Assembly: GCA_036337225.1 (NCBI GenBank)
Contig: JAYZEP010000006.1
Span: 73,771-137,770 of the forward strand
Length of the DNA: 64,000 nt
Direction of reading: 5' to 3'
Origin: Thermodesulfobacteriota bacterium
GTDB lineage: Bacteria > Desulfobacterota_D > UBA1144
The position numbers and the translations under genes were made by a program. The notes beneath the pieces were generated by a model, which saw nothing but the letters and a program-made list of their open reading frames with translations, made no database searches and was not told the origin of the DNA. Shown here in pieces: positions 8,785 to 19,850 of this stretch (positions are counted from its first letter, which is position 1; every line of letters starts with the position of its first letter).

Positions 8785-10864
8785 TAAAGATTTGGATTTC
8801 CTTCTAGAAGTTTTCACGGAAGAAATACCAGCTAGGCTTGTAAACGAATTGGGTGTTCAATTAGAGAGAAACTTTCTTGATGAACTAGATAAAAATTCAA
8901 TTAATTATTCGGATATCAAGGCATATTATACTCCTCGTAGACTTGTTGTTTTCATCAAAGGATTAGCCTTAAAACAAGAGGATTATGAAAAATTCCTACT
9001 AGGGCCTCCAAAGAAAATTGCGATGAACGAAAAAGGAGAACTTCTCAAACCAGCTTTGGCTTTCTTGGAAAAAAATCGCATAAAAGCGAAGCAACTTAAA
9101 ATAACAAACAAAGATGGTAACGAATTTATATCCGTGGACAAAAAAGTAAAAGGAATTAATACAAAAGATTTTTTGGCTAATACAATAGTTGGGTCGATAA
9201 AATCAATTAAAAATAAAAAATTTATGCGGTGGGGTCAGAGTAACATTGAATTCATAAGACCAATTAGGAATATCTTCGCATTGTTTGGTAAAAACCCAAT
9301 CAAAATAAGAATTGAGGGCATAAATAATGAACAAGCTGTTCTTGGGCACAGATTTTATTCTAATCAAACTAAAAAAATTAGTTCAATTCGTCAATATTTC
9401 GAATATATGAAGAAAGGCTCTGTGGTTCTCGACTTCGAGGAAAGAAAAGAAATAATTATCAGTCAAATAAAGAAAATAGAAAAAAAATCTAAATTCTTTG
9501 TTCAGATTGATGAAGAACTATTAAATCACGTAGCGAATTTAACCGAATATCCAAATGTTTTAAAAGGTAAATTTGACAAAGAATTTTTAAAAATACCTAA
9601 CGAAGTAAATATATCTGTGATGAAAAATCATCAAAAATATTTCCCGGTATTTAAAGATAAAAAATATGCTAGATTGGATTCGAATTTCATCTTTGTTGCA
9701 GGTTCTCCGTTTATCAATAAAAATGTCGTAATTTCGGGGAACGAGAAGGTTATCAGGGCTAGGCTAAATGATGCAAAATTCTTTTATGATGAGGATAAAA
9801 AAGCAGGTCTCTTGAATCTCTCAAAGAAGTTATCAACCATAACTTTCATTGATGGAATAGGCACTTATCAAGATAAGCATCAAAGAATATATCAAATTGC
9901 GCAAAGACTAGCGCAAAATCTTGGATTAGATAAGAGAGATTTGAATATTGATTTAGAACTTTGTTGTAGTCTAATCAAAGCTGATCTTTCCTCTCAAATG
10001 GTCTACGAGTTCCCTGAACTTCAAGGCATCATGGGGAAATATTATTATCAAGAACTAGATAAAAATATATCTCAAATTATCGAGCAACACTATTTGCCAA
10101 GAGGGAGAAGCGATATTCTTCCAAAAGGAGACATGTCTAAACTGATAAGTATGGCTGACAAACTAGATACAATATCATCATGTTTTTATTTGGGTATGAA
10201 CCCCACGGGTAGCTCAGACGCATATGGACTTCGCAGGAATAGTATAGGTATAATTAGGGTAGCTGAGAGTCTTGATAAAAATATAGATTTAATTGAAATC
10301 TTAAATTTTTCGCTCGCCAAAGTTGAAGAAAGTGGTGGGGAAATAGTTAATGGGGAAAATAAAAGTAGGCTAATAGAATTTTTCAACGAAAGAATAAGGA
10401 ACTACTTTGTTGAGAATGGATTTAATAGTGCTATTGTGAATTCATTAATCAATAATGAATTTCAGGTAAGAGATGTAAAATCTATTTTACATAAAGCAAT
10501 GGTGCTCAAGAAATATGAAGGAAAGAGTGAGTTGATGTCCGCTATTGAGATATTTAAGAGATTAAGGAATATAACCAAAGACAATAGCCAGGTGGATATT
10601 AAAAAAACTCTACTTAAAGACAATTTTGAACTTTCCCTATATGACAATTTAAAAAGACTTGAAGATTCTCTTTCCTTTGAATCGATTACTAAGAATCCCG
10701 AAACATCTTTAAAGCGAATTTTAGATACAGCTCCTTCCTTGTCAAAATTCTTTGACAACGTGCTTGTAATGGACAAAAATCAGGAGTTAAAACAGAACAG
10801 ATTAAATCTTTTAACAAGAATGAAAAACGTCATTTCTGGATTTGCCAATTTTTCAGAAATATAA
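8771..10864 (+). CDS. glyS: glycine--tRNA ligase beta subunit
   Basis: 697 aa. It overlaps glyQ by 14 nt. N-terminal [12 protein letters not shown] and an internal DAYGLRR motif are typical of GlyS. Confidence 0.9.
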   Translation: MKKNSKDLDFLLEVFTEEIPARLVNELGVQLERNFLDELDKNSINYSDIKAYYTPRRLVVFIKGLALKQEDYEKFLLGPPKKIAMNEKGELLKPALAFLEKNRIKAKQLKITNKDGNEFISVDKKVKGINTKDFLANTIVGSIKSIKNKKFMRWGQSNIEFIRPIRNIFALFGKNPIKIRIEGINNEQAVLGHRFYSNQTKKISSIRQYFEYMKKGSVVLDFEERKEIIISQIKKIEKKSKFFVQIDEELLNHVANLTEYPNVLKGKFDKEFLKIPNEVNISVMKNHQKYFPVFKDKKYARLDSNFIFVAGSPFINKNVVISGNEKVIRARLNDAKFFYDEDKKAGLLNLSKKLSTITFIDGIGTYQDKHQRIYQIAQRLAQNLGLDKRDLNIDLELCCSLIKADLSSQMVYEFPELQGIMGKYYYQELDKNISQIIEQHYLPRGRSDILPKGDMSKLISMADKLDTISSCFYLGMNPTGSSDAYGLRRNSIGIIRVAESLDKNIDLIEILNFSLAKVEESGGEIVNGENKSRLIEFFNERIRNYFVENGFNSAIVNSLINNEFQVRDVKSILHKAMVLKKYEGKSELMSAIEIFKRLRNITKDNSQVDIKKTLLKDNFELSLYDNLKRLEDSLSFESITKNPETSLKRILDTAPSLSKFFDNVLVMDKNQELKQNRLNLLTRMKNVISGFANFSEI

Positions 10865-10878
10865 GAGGAGTGCCAAAT

Positions 10879-13611
10879 GTGAGCAGCAAAAGAAATTCAA
10901 AAAAGTTTGTTTATTTTTTTGGTAATAAAAAAGCTGATGGTCGTGGCTCAATGAAAGAAGTCCTTGGGGGCAAAGGTGCGGGCTTAGCCGAAATGACTGA
11001 AATAGGTATAAACGTACCTCCTGGATTTACAATCTCCACCAAAGCTTGTGGAATGTTCTATCAAAACAAAAGAAAAACCCCCAAACAAATAATCGACGAG
11101 ATGAAACAAAATCTATCTAGGCTTGAAAAAATTACTGGTAAAAATTTTGGAAATACTTCAAACCCTTTGCTGGTTTCAGTAAGATCTGGGGCAATGTTTT
11201 CTATGCCAGGAATGATGGACACAATACTGAATCTAGGATTAAACGATAGAACTGTAATAGCACTAAGCAAAAAAACAAAAAATCCGCGGTTTGCATGGGA
11301 TGCATACAGAAGATTTATTCAGATGTTCGCAGATGTAGTCTTAAAAATAGATAAGAATCTCTTTGAAGAAATGCTGGAAGCTTTAAAGAAAAAAGAAAAT
11401 GCAAAACATGATATCGACCTCAACGATGTAGCACTAAAAGGGCTGGTTCAAAATTATAAAAAACTTGTTAAATCAAAAACTGGCTCACAGTTCCCTCAAA
11501 ATCCAACCGATCAGCTTGTAAAGGCAATCAATGCGGTTTTTCTCTCTTGGAATAACAACAGGGCTATTTTTTACAGGAAAAAATACAACATTCCCTCGGA
11601 TATTGGCACTGGAGTAACCGTTCAATCGATGGTCTTTGGTAATATGGGCACAAGGTGTGGAACTGGGGTTGGCTTTACCAGGGACCCTCTATCAGGTGAA
11701 AAAGAACTTTTTGCTGAATATTTATTAAATGCTCAAGGTGAAGATGTGGTAGCAGGAATTAGAACTCCCAAAAACATAAAGACAATGCAGAGGGAGATGA
11801 GAAAAGTGCACCTGCAAATTGAACATACTGCAAAAACTTTAGAGCGACACTTCCGAGACATGCAAGATTTTGAATTTACAATTGAAGATGAAACACTCTA
11901 CCTCTTACAGACAAGATCAGCGAAGCGGTCTGGCATTGCTGCAGTAAAGATTGCGTGTGATATGGTCAAAGAAAGATTGATTTCTAAAGAGGAAGCTGTA
12001 ATGAGAGTGGAGCCAGAACATTTAGAGCAATTTTTATTTCCAATATTCGATCCTGATGACAAGAAAAAATTTGGAGAACTTACCAAGGGTTTAGCTGCGT
12101 CTCCCGGAGCTGCGTCGGGAAGAGTTGCACTTGATGCTCAAACCGCTGTTGAGATGAGCAAAAAGGGAGCCAGGGTTGTTCTGGTTACAAAAGAGACTAG
12201 TCCTGATGATATTCACGGTATGTCTGCATCTAACGGAGTACTGACGGCAAGAGGTGGAAGAACAAGCCACGCTGCTGTTGTGGGAAGACAAATGGGAAAA
12301 GTTTGTGTCGTAGGTGCGGAAGAAATTAAAGTCGATTTACCTTCCAGGTCTTTCAAAGTAAAAGAGAAAGTGATTAAAGAAGGTAGCTATATTTCCATTG
12401 ATGGATTCGATGGAAAAGTATACTCTGGCGATATTCCAGTAGTAGCATCTGAAGTAATTCAAGTTATGCAAGGGAACATGAAAGAAAGAGCATCCGAAAG
12501 ATATTCGATTTTTTCCACCGTACTAAAATGGGCGGATAAGTTTAGGAAGCTGAGAGTTAGAACCAATGCAGATGTTCCAACTGACGCAGAGGTCGCTATC
12601 AAATTTGGAGCAGAAGGTATAGGTTTGTGTAGAACGGAGCATATGTTCTTTGCTGAGAATAGAATAAAAATCATGCAAGATATGATTCTTTCAACATCAT
12701 TAAATGATAGGATCTCTCATCTTGACAAGCTTCAAAAGATGCAAAGAGAAGATTTTATTGGTCTTTTTACAGCAATGGATGGGCTGCCTTGTACAATTAG
12801 ATTGCTAGATCCACCCCTGCATGAATTTTTACCCAAAAGGGAAGACTTAATGTTGGAAATTAAAGAATTAGAGATTAGTGGTGATTTGAGACTTGCCAAG
12901 AAAAAGAAAAAACTCTTAGACAGAGTTGAAGAGCTTCATGAATTTAATCCCATGTTAGGCCTCAGAGGTTGTCGATTAGGAATTACAATGCCGGAAATTA
13001 CAAAAATGCAGGCGCGAGCTATTTTTGAGGCGGCTATTATAGTAGCTAAAAGAAAAATCAAAGTATACCCTGAGATAATGGTTCCATTGGTTGGCATGGT
13101 ATCAGAAATTAAATTCCAAAAAGATATCATCAATAAGATTGCTAAAGAAGTGTTGGGAAAAAAGAAGATTAATTATCTCGTGGGTACTATGATTGAAGTC
13201 CCACGCGCTGCTGCTGTTGCAGATCAAATTGCAAAAGAAGCAGAATTTTTCTCGTTTGGCACAAACGACTTGACTCAAACAGTTTTTGCTTATTCAAGGG
13301 ATGATTCCGTAAAATTTATCAATACATATATGGAAACCAAAGTTGATATTGACGGAAAAACAACAGAGATACTAGAAAGAGATCCTTTTACAAGTATTGA
13401 TGTCCGCGGAGTTGGCGAATTCATGAAAATTGGACTTGAACGAGGAAGATCAACCAGAAAAAATCTGAAAATTGGTATTTGCGGGGAGCATGGTGGTGAC
13501 CCTGCATCGATTGAATTTTGTCATCAAATTGGTCTTGATTACGTTAGTTGCTCTCCATTTAGAGTACCAATTGCAAGACTTGCGGCCGCCAGGATAGCAC
13601 TTAAGAATTAA
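10879..13611 (+). CDS. ppdK: pyruvate, phosphate dikinase
   Basis: Phosphohistidine motif GGRTSHAAVVGR and a C-terminal PEP-utilising TIM barrel (GTNDLTQ, CGEHGGDP). GTG at 10879 is preferred over GTG 10870 because GAGGAG (10865-10870) lies 8 nt upstream. Confidence 0.95.
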   Translation: MSSKRNSKKFVYFFGNKKADGRGSMKEVLGGKGAGLAEMTEIGINVPPGFTISTKACGMFYQNKRKTPKQIIDEMKQNLSRLEKITGKNFGNTSNPLLVSVRSGAMFSMPGMMDTILNLGLNDRTVIALSKKTKNPRFAWDAYRRFIQMFADVVLKIDKNLFEEMLEALKKKENAKHDIDLNDVALKGLVQNYKKLVKSKTGSQFPQNPTDQLVKAINAVFLSWNNNRAIFYRKKYNIPSDIGTGVTVQSMVFGNMGTRCGTGVGFTRDPLSGEKELFAEYLLNAQGEDVVAGIRTPKNIKTMQREMRKVHLQIEHTAKTLERHFRDMQDFEFTIEDETLYLLQTRSAKRSGIAAVKIACDMVKERLISKEEAVMRVEPEHLEQFLFPIFDPDDKKKFGELTKGLAASPGAASGRVALDAQTAVEMSKKGARVVLVTKETSPDDIHGMSASNGVLTARGGRTSHAAVVGRQMGKVCVVGAEEIKVDLPSRSFKVKEKVIKEGSYISIDGFDGKVYSGDIPVVASEVIQVMQGNMKERASERYSIFSTVLKWADKFRKLRVRTNADVPTDAEVAIKFGAEGIGLCRTEHMFFAENRIKIMQDMILSTSLNDRISHLDKLQKMQREDFIGLFTAMDGLPCTIRLLDPPLHEFLPKREDLMLEIKELEISGDLRLAKKKKKLLDRVEELHEFNPMLGLRGCRLGITMPEITKMQARAIFEAAIIVAKRKIKVYPEIMVPLVGMVSEIKFQKDIINKIAKEVLGKKKINYLVGTMIEVPRAAAVADQIAKEAEFFSFGTNDLTQTVFAYSRDDSVKFINTYMETKVDIDGKTTEILERDPFTSIDVRGVGEFMKIGLERGRSTRKNLKIGICGEHGGDPASIEFCHQIGLDYVSCSPFRVPIARLAAARIALKN

Positions 13612-15164
13612 TTAGCCATTGATGTCGCTCTAACTTCCCTAACAACAGTAATTTTTATATTACCCGGATAGGCTACTTCCTCTTGTATTTTCTTGGCAAT
13701 ATTATGAGATAAAATCGTCGCTTCATCATCATTGATCTTATCACTTTCCACCATAACTCGTACTTCCCTACCGGCTTGGATAGCAAAGCATTTATCAACT
13801 CCATTAAAAGATAAGCCTATGTCCTCAAGTTCTTTCACTCTTTTAAGATAAGCTTCATAAGATTCCTTTCTTGCACCTGGTCTTGCAGCTGAAATTGCAT
13901 CAGAAGCTTGCACTAAAACAGTATATAGACTAGAGGGATTATCTGAATGTGAAGATTCAACGGCCTCGATGACCTCAGGTGGTTCATGGTATTTTTTAAC
14001 CAAATCCGCTCCAATATCTACGTGATTACCTTCCATCTCATGGTCGACAGACTTACCTATGTCGTGCAATAAGCCAGCTCTCTTGGCCAGTTTGGAGTCT
14101 AGCCCTACTTCCGACGCCAGGACTCCACAAATCTGGGCAACTTCCAAAGAGTGGTCTAGAATATTTTGAGAATACGAAGTTCTGTATCTCATTTTACCTA
14201 CAAGTTTAACCAGCTCAGGATTCATATTATTAACACCAATCTCTAGTATTGCATTTTCTCCTAATTGTTGAATTTCTTTATCTAATTGGTCTTCAATTTC
14301 GTCAACAATCTCTTCAATCCTTCCTGGATGAATCCTTCCATCATCAAGCAATTTGGTTATTGCCCTTGATGCAATCTCTCGTCTGATAGGATTATGTGAA
14401 GAAACCGTAACGATACCCGGGGTATCATCAATAATAATATCAACTCCGGTCTTAAGCTCGATTGTCCTAATATTTCTTCCTTCTCTACCTATGATTCTTC
14501 CTTTCATATCATCACTGGGAAGTGTTACAACGGACGATGTCTTTTCTGAGGTGTAAGACGCGGCATATTTTTGTATCGCTAACGCAATAATATTTTTAGC
14601 CTTACCTTCTGCATCTTCTTTGAGGTTGTTTTCTATCTCCTTGATTTTTCTTGCCGCCAGTATATTTGCCTCATCCTCTATAGCATTCAGAAGTTCCTGT
14701 TTTGCCTCTTCTCTAGTTAAACCCGAAATATTTTCTATCTTTAATTTTGCATCCTCCAATATCGCATCTAATTCATCTTCTTTGGTTCTATATTTTAATT
14801 CGGTTTCATTACATGCTTGTTCTTTTAACTCTAGTTGTGCTTCCTTCCTGGTTAGTTCAATCTGACTTGTATTTAAATTTCTTTCTTTCTCCAATAAATT
14901 TTTCTCCTGATCTACTAGAGCTTCTTTTATGGTCTCAGCCTCTTCCTTTGCTTTTTTCATCTGAGAAGATTTGAATTGTTTAGCTTTCTTTTCCGCTTCT
15001 TTAATAATTTTTAGAGATTTATTGTTTGCGGTTACAATGATTTGTCCAGATTCATGTTCTTTAGCTTTGATATCTTTCATAAGACCATTCCTACTTATCA
15101 ACCAAAATACGCCAAATCCTGTGGCAAAACATACTATATAAATCGCAATTGTAATAATATCCAT
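13608..15164 (-). CDS. rny: ribonuclease Y
   Basis: N-terminal TM helix, long coiled coil, KH domain (GRIIGREGRNIR) and HD domain (LLHDIGK). AGGAGGA Shine-Dalgarno. Confidence 0.9.
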   Translation of the reverse strand: MDIITIAIYIVCFATGFGVFWLISRNGLMKDIKAKEHESGQIIVTANNKSLKIIKEAEKKAKQFKSSQMKKAKEEAETIKEALVDQEKNLLEKERNLNTSQIELTRKEAQLELKEQACNETELKYRTKEDELDAILEDAKLKIENISGLTREEAKQELLNAIEDEANILAARKIKEIENNLKEDAEGKAKNIIALAIQKYAASYTSEKTSSVVTLPSDDMKGRIIGREGRNIRTIELKTGVDIIIDDTPGIVTVSSHNPIRREIASRAITKLLDDGRIHPGRIEEIVDEIEDQLDKEIQQLGENAILEIGVNNMNPELVKLVGKMRYRTSYSQNILDHSLEVAQICGVLASEVGLDSKLAKRAGLLHDIGKSVDHEMEGNHVDIGADLVKKYHEPPEVIEAVESSHSDNPSSLYTVLVQASDAISAARPGARKESYEAYLKRVKELEDIGLSFNGVDKCFAIQAGREVRVMVESDKINDDEATILSHNIAKKIQEEVAYPGNIKITVVREVRATSMAN

Positions 15165-15173
15165 ATTTTCCTC

Positions 15174-15767
15174 CTAGTTTATTGTTACTATTTCCTTTTC
15201 TGTAAAAACCTTCTTTACTCTTATATCGTGCTCTTCCCCAAATTCTCTCTTGATTAATTGAAAATCAAATACGAGAGAATATATTTTATCTCTGGAAATA
15301 TTTTGAAGTTCCTTATCGTAAAAACCTTTCCCAAATCCCAATCTGAAGCCAAGAACGTCTATCGCAACCGCAGGGATGATAAATAAGTCAACATTGGCAA
15401 TATCGATATACTCATTGCTAATTGGCTCTTTTATTCCGAAACATCCCGGCAGAAAATCATCAATAGAGTTCGCTTTAGCAAAAACCATTTTTCTATTGAT
15501 AAGTTTTGGGTAAAAGATATTCTTATTTAATTTTCGTGCTTCGGTATCTATGAGGCTGGTATCAACTTCGCCCTTAATGGAACTATAAAGAACAATATTC
15601 CTAAATTTTGCTGATTTAAACAGTGGGTCATCAACAAGAAAGGAAGAAATCCGTTCCGATTGTAATCCAATGGTTGAGCTTTGCAATTTGCTTCTTTCAG
15701 CTCGAATATATTCCCTTAACGCAAATTTATCAAGAGAACTTTGATATAATAGAAGAGATTCTTTCAT
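15174..15767 (-). CDS. 5-formyltetrahydrofolate cyclo-ligase
   Basis: 197 aa. LREYIRAERSKL near the N-terminus, YSSIKGEVDT, and the GFGKGFYDK motif. Confidence 0.75.
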   Translation of the reverse strand: MKESLLLYQSSLDKFALREYIRAERSKLQSSTIGLQSERISSFLVDDPLFKSAKFRNIVLYSSIKGEVDTSLIDTEARKLNKNIFYPKLINRKMVFAKANSIDDFLPGCFGIKEPISNEYIDIANVDLFIIPAVAIDVLGFRLGFGKGFYDKELQNISRDKIYSLVFDFQLIKREFGEEHDIRVKKVFTEKEIVTIN

Positions 15768-15984
15768 TGTCCTTTTCCTTATCTTTTTTTAAGGAAAGGA
15801 TTTCGTAGACCGCATTAACCAAAAGAAGATTGGATACCTCTAATGAAGAGACCGAGCCTTGTTCAAGCTTGTGTTCCGAGTACTTTGCATTTATATATTC
15901 TTCAATCTCGTTTAAAATTTTGTCGCTACATTCCGTTTTAAACTTTAAACTTCTTCCTAAGTAATTTAAATGTAGCTCCTTCAC
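15730..15984 (-). CDS. zapA: cell division protein ZapA-like
   Basis: 84 aa with a GTG start. It has ZapA-like size and pattern (LNYLGRSLKFKTE...). It also sits in the classic position upstream of 5-formyl-THF cyclo-ligase. Confidence 0.55.
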   Translation of the reverse strand: MKELHLNYLGRSLKFKTECSDKILNEIEEYINAKYSEHKLEQGSVSSLEVSNLLLVNAVYEILSLKKDKEKDNERISSIISKFS

Positions 15985-16193
15985 TAAATATCTAAATCTC
16001 TTACTACTCTGTCTAATTCACCAAGAATAGAACCAATTTCATTCTTATAATTACTATTCTCTTTTTGTAAGCCTAGATAGCCTTCATTCAGTTTCTCAAT
16101 TTCGTTTTCTAGACTCGATATCTTATCCCGCAGTTTCAATTCTCGTTCTACTGCATCCTTAACCTTTTTATCAAGGATATCAATGATATCCAT
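15984..16193 (-). CDS. small coiled-coil protein (ZapB-like)
   Basis: 69 aa, heptad-rich (ELKLRDKISSLENEIEKLNEGYLGLQKENSNYKNEI). 1-nt overlap with zapA. Confidence 0.4.
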   Translation of the reverse strand: MDIIDILDKKVKDAVERELKLRDKISSLENEIEKLNEGYLGLQKENSNYKNEIGSILGELDRVVRDLDI

Positions 16194-16199
16194 GATATA

Positions 16200-16227
16200 A
16201 TTCTATCCCATAACAAAGAGTTTACAA
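16200..16227 (-). promoter_or_regulatory. sigma-70-type promoter for the zapB-like/zapA/5-FCL operon (leaderless geometry)
   Basis: On the minus strand: TTGTAA (16222-16227), 16-nt spacer, TAGAAT (16200-16205), then 6 nt to ATG 16193. No SD. Confidence 0.35.
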
Positions 16228-16240
16228 GCTGAGTTTATAG

Positions 16241-17305
16241 ATGATTGGACCAAAAATTAGAAAAGAACTAGAGGATGCCGAAAAGGAGCTTGATAGTATT
16301 GATTCGCGGCTTTCATCTTCAAATTTAAGCTCTAATTCCATCAAAGAGCTCTCCAAAAAGAGAAGTTCGATCTCAGAGGTAGTAGGATATTTTCAAGAAC
16401 TTAAGAGTTTAGAATCTTTAATAAGAGAGAATGAGAATCTATCCGACGATATAGATTTAAGAGAGCTTGCAGAAGAAGAATTAAAGAGCCTAGAAGGTCA
16501 ACTTAAAGAAGTTGAAAAAAAAATTGAAGATGAATTTAAACCAAAAGATCCGATGGATTCAAAAAATGTCATTTTAGAAATAAGAGCTGGCACTGGAGGG
16601 GATGAGGCAGCTCTATTTGCGAGTGATTTACTTAGAATGTATTTGCGATACGCCGAGCGCAAAGGATGGAATGCTGAGATAATCAACAAGAGTGAAATTG
16701 GTCTTGGGGGGATCAAGGAAGGAATTGTTTCGATAAGTGGGAAAGATATTTATTCTTTTATGAAGTTTGAAAGTGGCGTACATAGAGTTCAGAGAGTTCC
16801 TCTTACCGAAACTAGCGGACGAATTCATACTTCCACGGCCACAATTGTAGTCTTACCTGAAATAGATGAAGTAGAAATAGAAATTAACGAAAAAGATTTG
16901 AGGATTGACACCTATAGAGCATCTGGCGCTGGAGGGCAGCATGTCAATAAAACAGATTCGGCAATAAGAATTACTCATGAGCCTTCAGGTATTGTGGTCC
17001 AGAATCAAGATGGAAAATCACAACACAAGAACAAACAAAGGGCAATGAGGATATTAAGAGCTAAACTTTTTGAAAATGAACAAATAAAACAACAAAAGGA
17101 TATATCTAAGACAAGAAAAAGTTTAATAGGAGCGGGGGACAGAAGCGAAAAGATACGAACCTATAATTTTCCACAGGGACGTGTAAGTGATCATAGAATC
17201 AATGTAACCCTTCATAAACTTGATTACATACTTGATGGTGACCTAGACGAGCTTAACAAAGAACTAGTTAAAAACTATCAGAAAGAAATAAGTGGAACAA
17301 TATAA
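16241..17305 (+). CDS. prfA: peptide chain release factor 1
   Basis: GGQ motif ([23 protein letters not shown]). The RF1-type PxT tripeptide region is [17 protein letters not shown]. Confidence 0.9.
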   Translation: MIGPKIRKELEDAEKELDSIDSRLSSSNLSSNSIKELSKKRSSISEVVGYFQELKSLESLIRENENLSDDIDLRELAEEELKSLEGQLKEVEKKIEDEFKPKDPMDSKNVILEIRAGTGGDEAALFASDLLRMYLRYAERKGWNAEIINKSEIGLGGIKEGIVSISGKDIYSFMKFESGVHRVQRVPLTETSGRIHTSTATIVVLPEIDEVEIEINEKDLRIDTYRASGAGGQHVNKTDSAIRITHEPSGIVVQNQDGKSQHKNKQRAMRILRAKLFENEQIKQQKDISKTRKSLIGAGDRSEKIRTYNFPQGRVSDHRINVTLHKLDYILDGDLDELNKELVKNYQKEISGTI

Positions 17306-18096
17306 TGCAGATAATAATCCTTGTTCCAACTCTATACATAGTATCGTTTATTTTGAGTTTATATTATGTAGTCTGCGGTAAATTAAAATTTTCTCAAATT
17401 GGACACTATCTTTTTGTTGTAGCCATTTGTACTCAGATAGTCTTCTTGGGATACAAAGAAGTTGACTATTCTTTGAAGAGTTTAGAAGTTAATCTTTTTG
17501 TAATCACATTCTTGCTTTCTATATTAAGCTACCTCTTTATACGTCCAAAACTTGGGAACTTATACTCTCTTTTCGTATCCCCAGTGGCGTTTGTTTTAAC
17601 GATTCCTATAATTTTTGACATCAACCAAAATAATAATTTATTTTTTGATAATAGAGTATTAATATCACATGTGCTACTTAATTTACTTTCGCATACTATT
17701 CTTCTTGTTTCTGCCATATTCAGCCTAATGTTCTTATATCAACATGCGAATATAAAAAATAAAAAAATTCATAGAATTGATAGACTACCTAGCCTATCTC
17801 TCATAGAACGAGTTAATTTTTGGCTGATTAGCTCCTCTTTTCCTCTGATGACAATAGGTTTTGTATTAGGGTTTGTTCTATCAAAAAATCAAATTGGGAA
17901 ATACTGGTTTGGCACGGTTGCCACAATTTCCGCTCTATCATGGAGTATTTATTTTATATTAATCCTACTCAAACCAGTATATAAAATCAGCGGTTTGAAG
18001 ATTGCGTACCTATCAATATTGGGCTTTATTACAATCGTGCTTGGATACGTATTCATGTACCTACTCGATCTACCCTCCCATAATTTTACTTACTAG
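17305..18096 (+). CDS. CcsA-like integral membrane protein of the HemX/YpjD type
   Basis: 8 hydrophobic segments. The central LYQHANIKNKKIHRIDRLPSLSLIE pattern matches this family as I recall it. I saw no WWD heme-handling motif. Confidence 0.5.
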   Translation: MQIIILVPTLYIVSFILSLYYVVCGKLKFSQIGHYLFVVAICTQIVFLGYKEVDYSLKSLEVNLFVITFLLSILSYLFIRPKLGNLYSLFVSPVAFVLTIPIIFDINQNNNLFFDNRVLISHVLLNLLSHTILLVSAIFSLMFLYQHANIKNKKIHRIDRLPSLSLIERVNFWLISSSFPLMTIGFVLGFVLSKNQIGKYWFGTVATISALSWSIYFILILLKPVYKISGLKIAYLSILGFITIVLGYVFMYLLDLPSHNFTY

Positions 18097-18102
18097 AAAG
18101 AA

Positions 18103-18142
18103 TTTTTGTTGCGGGAGAGTACAAGGCTCTCCACAACAAAAA
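18103..18142. terminator. bidirectional intrinsic terminator between convergent genes
   Basis: TTTTTGTTG-CG-GGAGAG / loop TACAAGG / CTCTCC-A-CAACAAAAA. That is 15 bp of pairing with a T-tract on one side and an A-tract on the other, and it fills the 48-nt convergent gap. Confidence 0.6.
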
Positions 18143-18144
18143 AA

Positions 18145-18903
18145 TTACATATTGTGTCCGCCATTAATACTTAGATTAGTACCTGTAATCCAAGAAGCTG
18201 CAGGGGAACACAAATAAAGAACAGCTAATGCGATTTCGTCAGCATATCCGAATCTCCCCATAGGAATATCATCTTTAATTCCTGCCAAAAGGTCAGGCGG
18301 GACAGTGTGAAGCATGTCGGTTTCAACGAAACCAGGTGACACAGTATTGACTCTAATGTTATCTTTAGCGAGTTCCCTAGCTAAACTTTTTGTAAATCCA
18401 TACATACCACTTTTCGTCGCAGCATAATTTGATTGCCCTATATTTCCAGTTTCACCAATAATAGAGGAAATAGAAATAATTACACCAGAACCAGCATCTC
18501 GCATATGAGGAACAACGGCCTTAGACATGTTAAATAAAGCACCTAAATTCGTATTAATAACCTCGCTCCATTCTTCTTGAGACATTCTGCTGAAAGTTAT
18601 ATCTCTATTGATACCAGCATTATTGACTAAAAAATCAACTTTGCCATATTGCTTTATAGCTTCTTCCCCTAGAGTTTGGCAAGCCTCAAAATCTTTAACA
18701 TCGGCTTGGACAATTATAGCTTCTGAACCCACAGCGGCTACTTCTTCAGCCGTAATTTCCGCTGCTTCTTGGTTGCTAACATAATTAAGAACAAGCTTTG
18801 CTCCAGCTTCAGCAAAAGCCAGTGCACATTGCTTCCCTATACCCCTCGAACTACCTGTTACAATCGCTACTTTATCCTTAACATCGTACAAATTTTCAAT
18901 CAT
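18145..18903 (-). CDS. SDR-family 3-oxoacyl reductase (acetoacetyl-CoA reductase / FabG-like)
   Basis: TGSSRGIG cofactor motif, NAG, and catalytic S...YAATK. Start moved to MIENLYD (18903) because GGGAGG lies upstream. Confidence 0.8.
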   Translation of the reverse strand: MIENLYDVKDKVAIVTGSSRGIGKQCALAFAEAGAKLVLNYVSNQEAAEITAEEVAAVGSEAIIVQADVKDFEACQTLGEEAIKQYGKVDFLVNNAGINRDITFSRMSQEEWSEVINTNLGALFNMSKAVVPHMRDAGSGVIISISSIIGETGNIGQSNYAATKSGMYGFTKSLARELAKDNIRVNTVSPGFVETDMLHTVPPDLLAGIKDDIPMGRFGYADEIALAVLYLCSPAASWITGTNLSINGGHNM

Positions 18904-18976
18904 TACAAAAAACCTCCCTTTATTGCATTGATTAATTCTATACAAAAAAAGATTATTTATCTACAAATTTACTCTA

Positions 18977-19005
18977 TTGTTATACTTTGAATTGTTTAAT
19001 ATAAT
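18977..19005 (+). promoter_or_regulatory. sigma-70-type promoter for dapF (leaderless geometry)
   Basis: TTGTTA (18977-18982), 17-nt spacer, TATAAT (19000-19005), then 6 nt to ATG 19012. Confidence 0.35.
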
Positions 19006-19011
19006 CAGGAT

Positions 19012-19848
19012 ATGAATAATTTCGTCAAATCTCATGGTCTTGGCAATGACTATATAATAATTGATAAAAAAAAACTTACTATTAAGTTAAATAAAGCATT
19101 AATCAAAAAGATATGCAACAGAAACTATGGGATTGGATCAGATGGTTTGCTATTAGCAGTTCCCTCGAAGAAGGCTGATTTTGGCCTAAGAATATTTAAT
19201 CCCGATGGGTCAGAAGCAGAAAAAAGTGGAAATGGCCTAAGGATTTTTTCAAAATTTTTATATGATAATAAATATACAAAAAAACGAGTTTTTACTATCG
19301 AGACTAAGAGTGGGGTAGTTAGAAGTGAGATAATTAGAAGTTCAAAGAAGTCTAGCATGGTAAAAGTTGAAATGGGGCAGGCTAGCTTTGAATCAAAAAA
19401 AATTCCCGTTTTATCAAATAAAAAATTGGCCATCAATGAAAGAATAAAAATCAAAGGGGAGGAATTTATCTTTACCGCTGTAACAGTAGGCAATCCTCAT
19501 TGTGTAATCTTCAAAGATAAAATAGCTCCAGAGGATGCAACAGAATATGGACCGTTACTTGAGAAGAACAGAAGGTTTCCCGAAAGAGTCAATATTCAGT
19601 TTGCCCAGATAATTTCAACAAACAAAGTAAAAATCGAGATATGGGAAAGAGGGGCAGGATATACCTTGGCATCTGGGAGTAGCTCTTGCGCAGTAGTGTC
19701 AGCAGGTTACAAGCTAGGTTTGCTGAGCAAACGAGTTAGAGTCGAAATGCAAGGTGGTTTTTTGTTGATTGAAATTGATGACTCCCATAACCTCATAATG
19801 GAAGGGCCAGTTGAGCAAATTTGTTCGGGCGAGATTAGTTTCGTTTAG
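19012..19848 (+). CDS. dapF: diaminopimelate epimerase
   Basis: HGLGNDYIIID, plus both catalytic-Cys regions: GNPHCV and SGSSSCA. Confidence 0.9.
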   Translation: MNNFVKSHGLGNDYIIIDKKKLTIKLNKALIKKICNRNYGIGSDGLLLAVPSKKADFGLRIFNPDGSEAEKSGNGLRIFSKFLYDNKYTKKRVFTIETKSGVVRSEIIRSSKKSSMVKVEMGQASFESKKIPVLSNKKLAINERIKIKGEEFIFTAVTVGNPHCVIFKDKIAPEDATEYGPLLEKNRRFPERVNIQFAQIISTNKVKIEIWERGAGYTLASGSSSCAVVSAGYKLGLLSKRVRVEMQGGFLLIEIDDSHNLIMEGPVEQICSGEISFV

Positions 19849-19850
19849 AT

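Noticed and set aside
15730-15767. A 6S RNA (ssrS) was expected between zapA and the 5-formyl-THF cyclo-ligase gene, its classic position in many bacteria.
   Set aside because: The two CDS overlap by 38 nt, so there is no intergenic space. No 6S-sized non-coding segment exists anywhere in this cluster.
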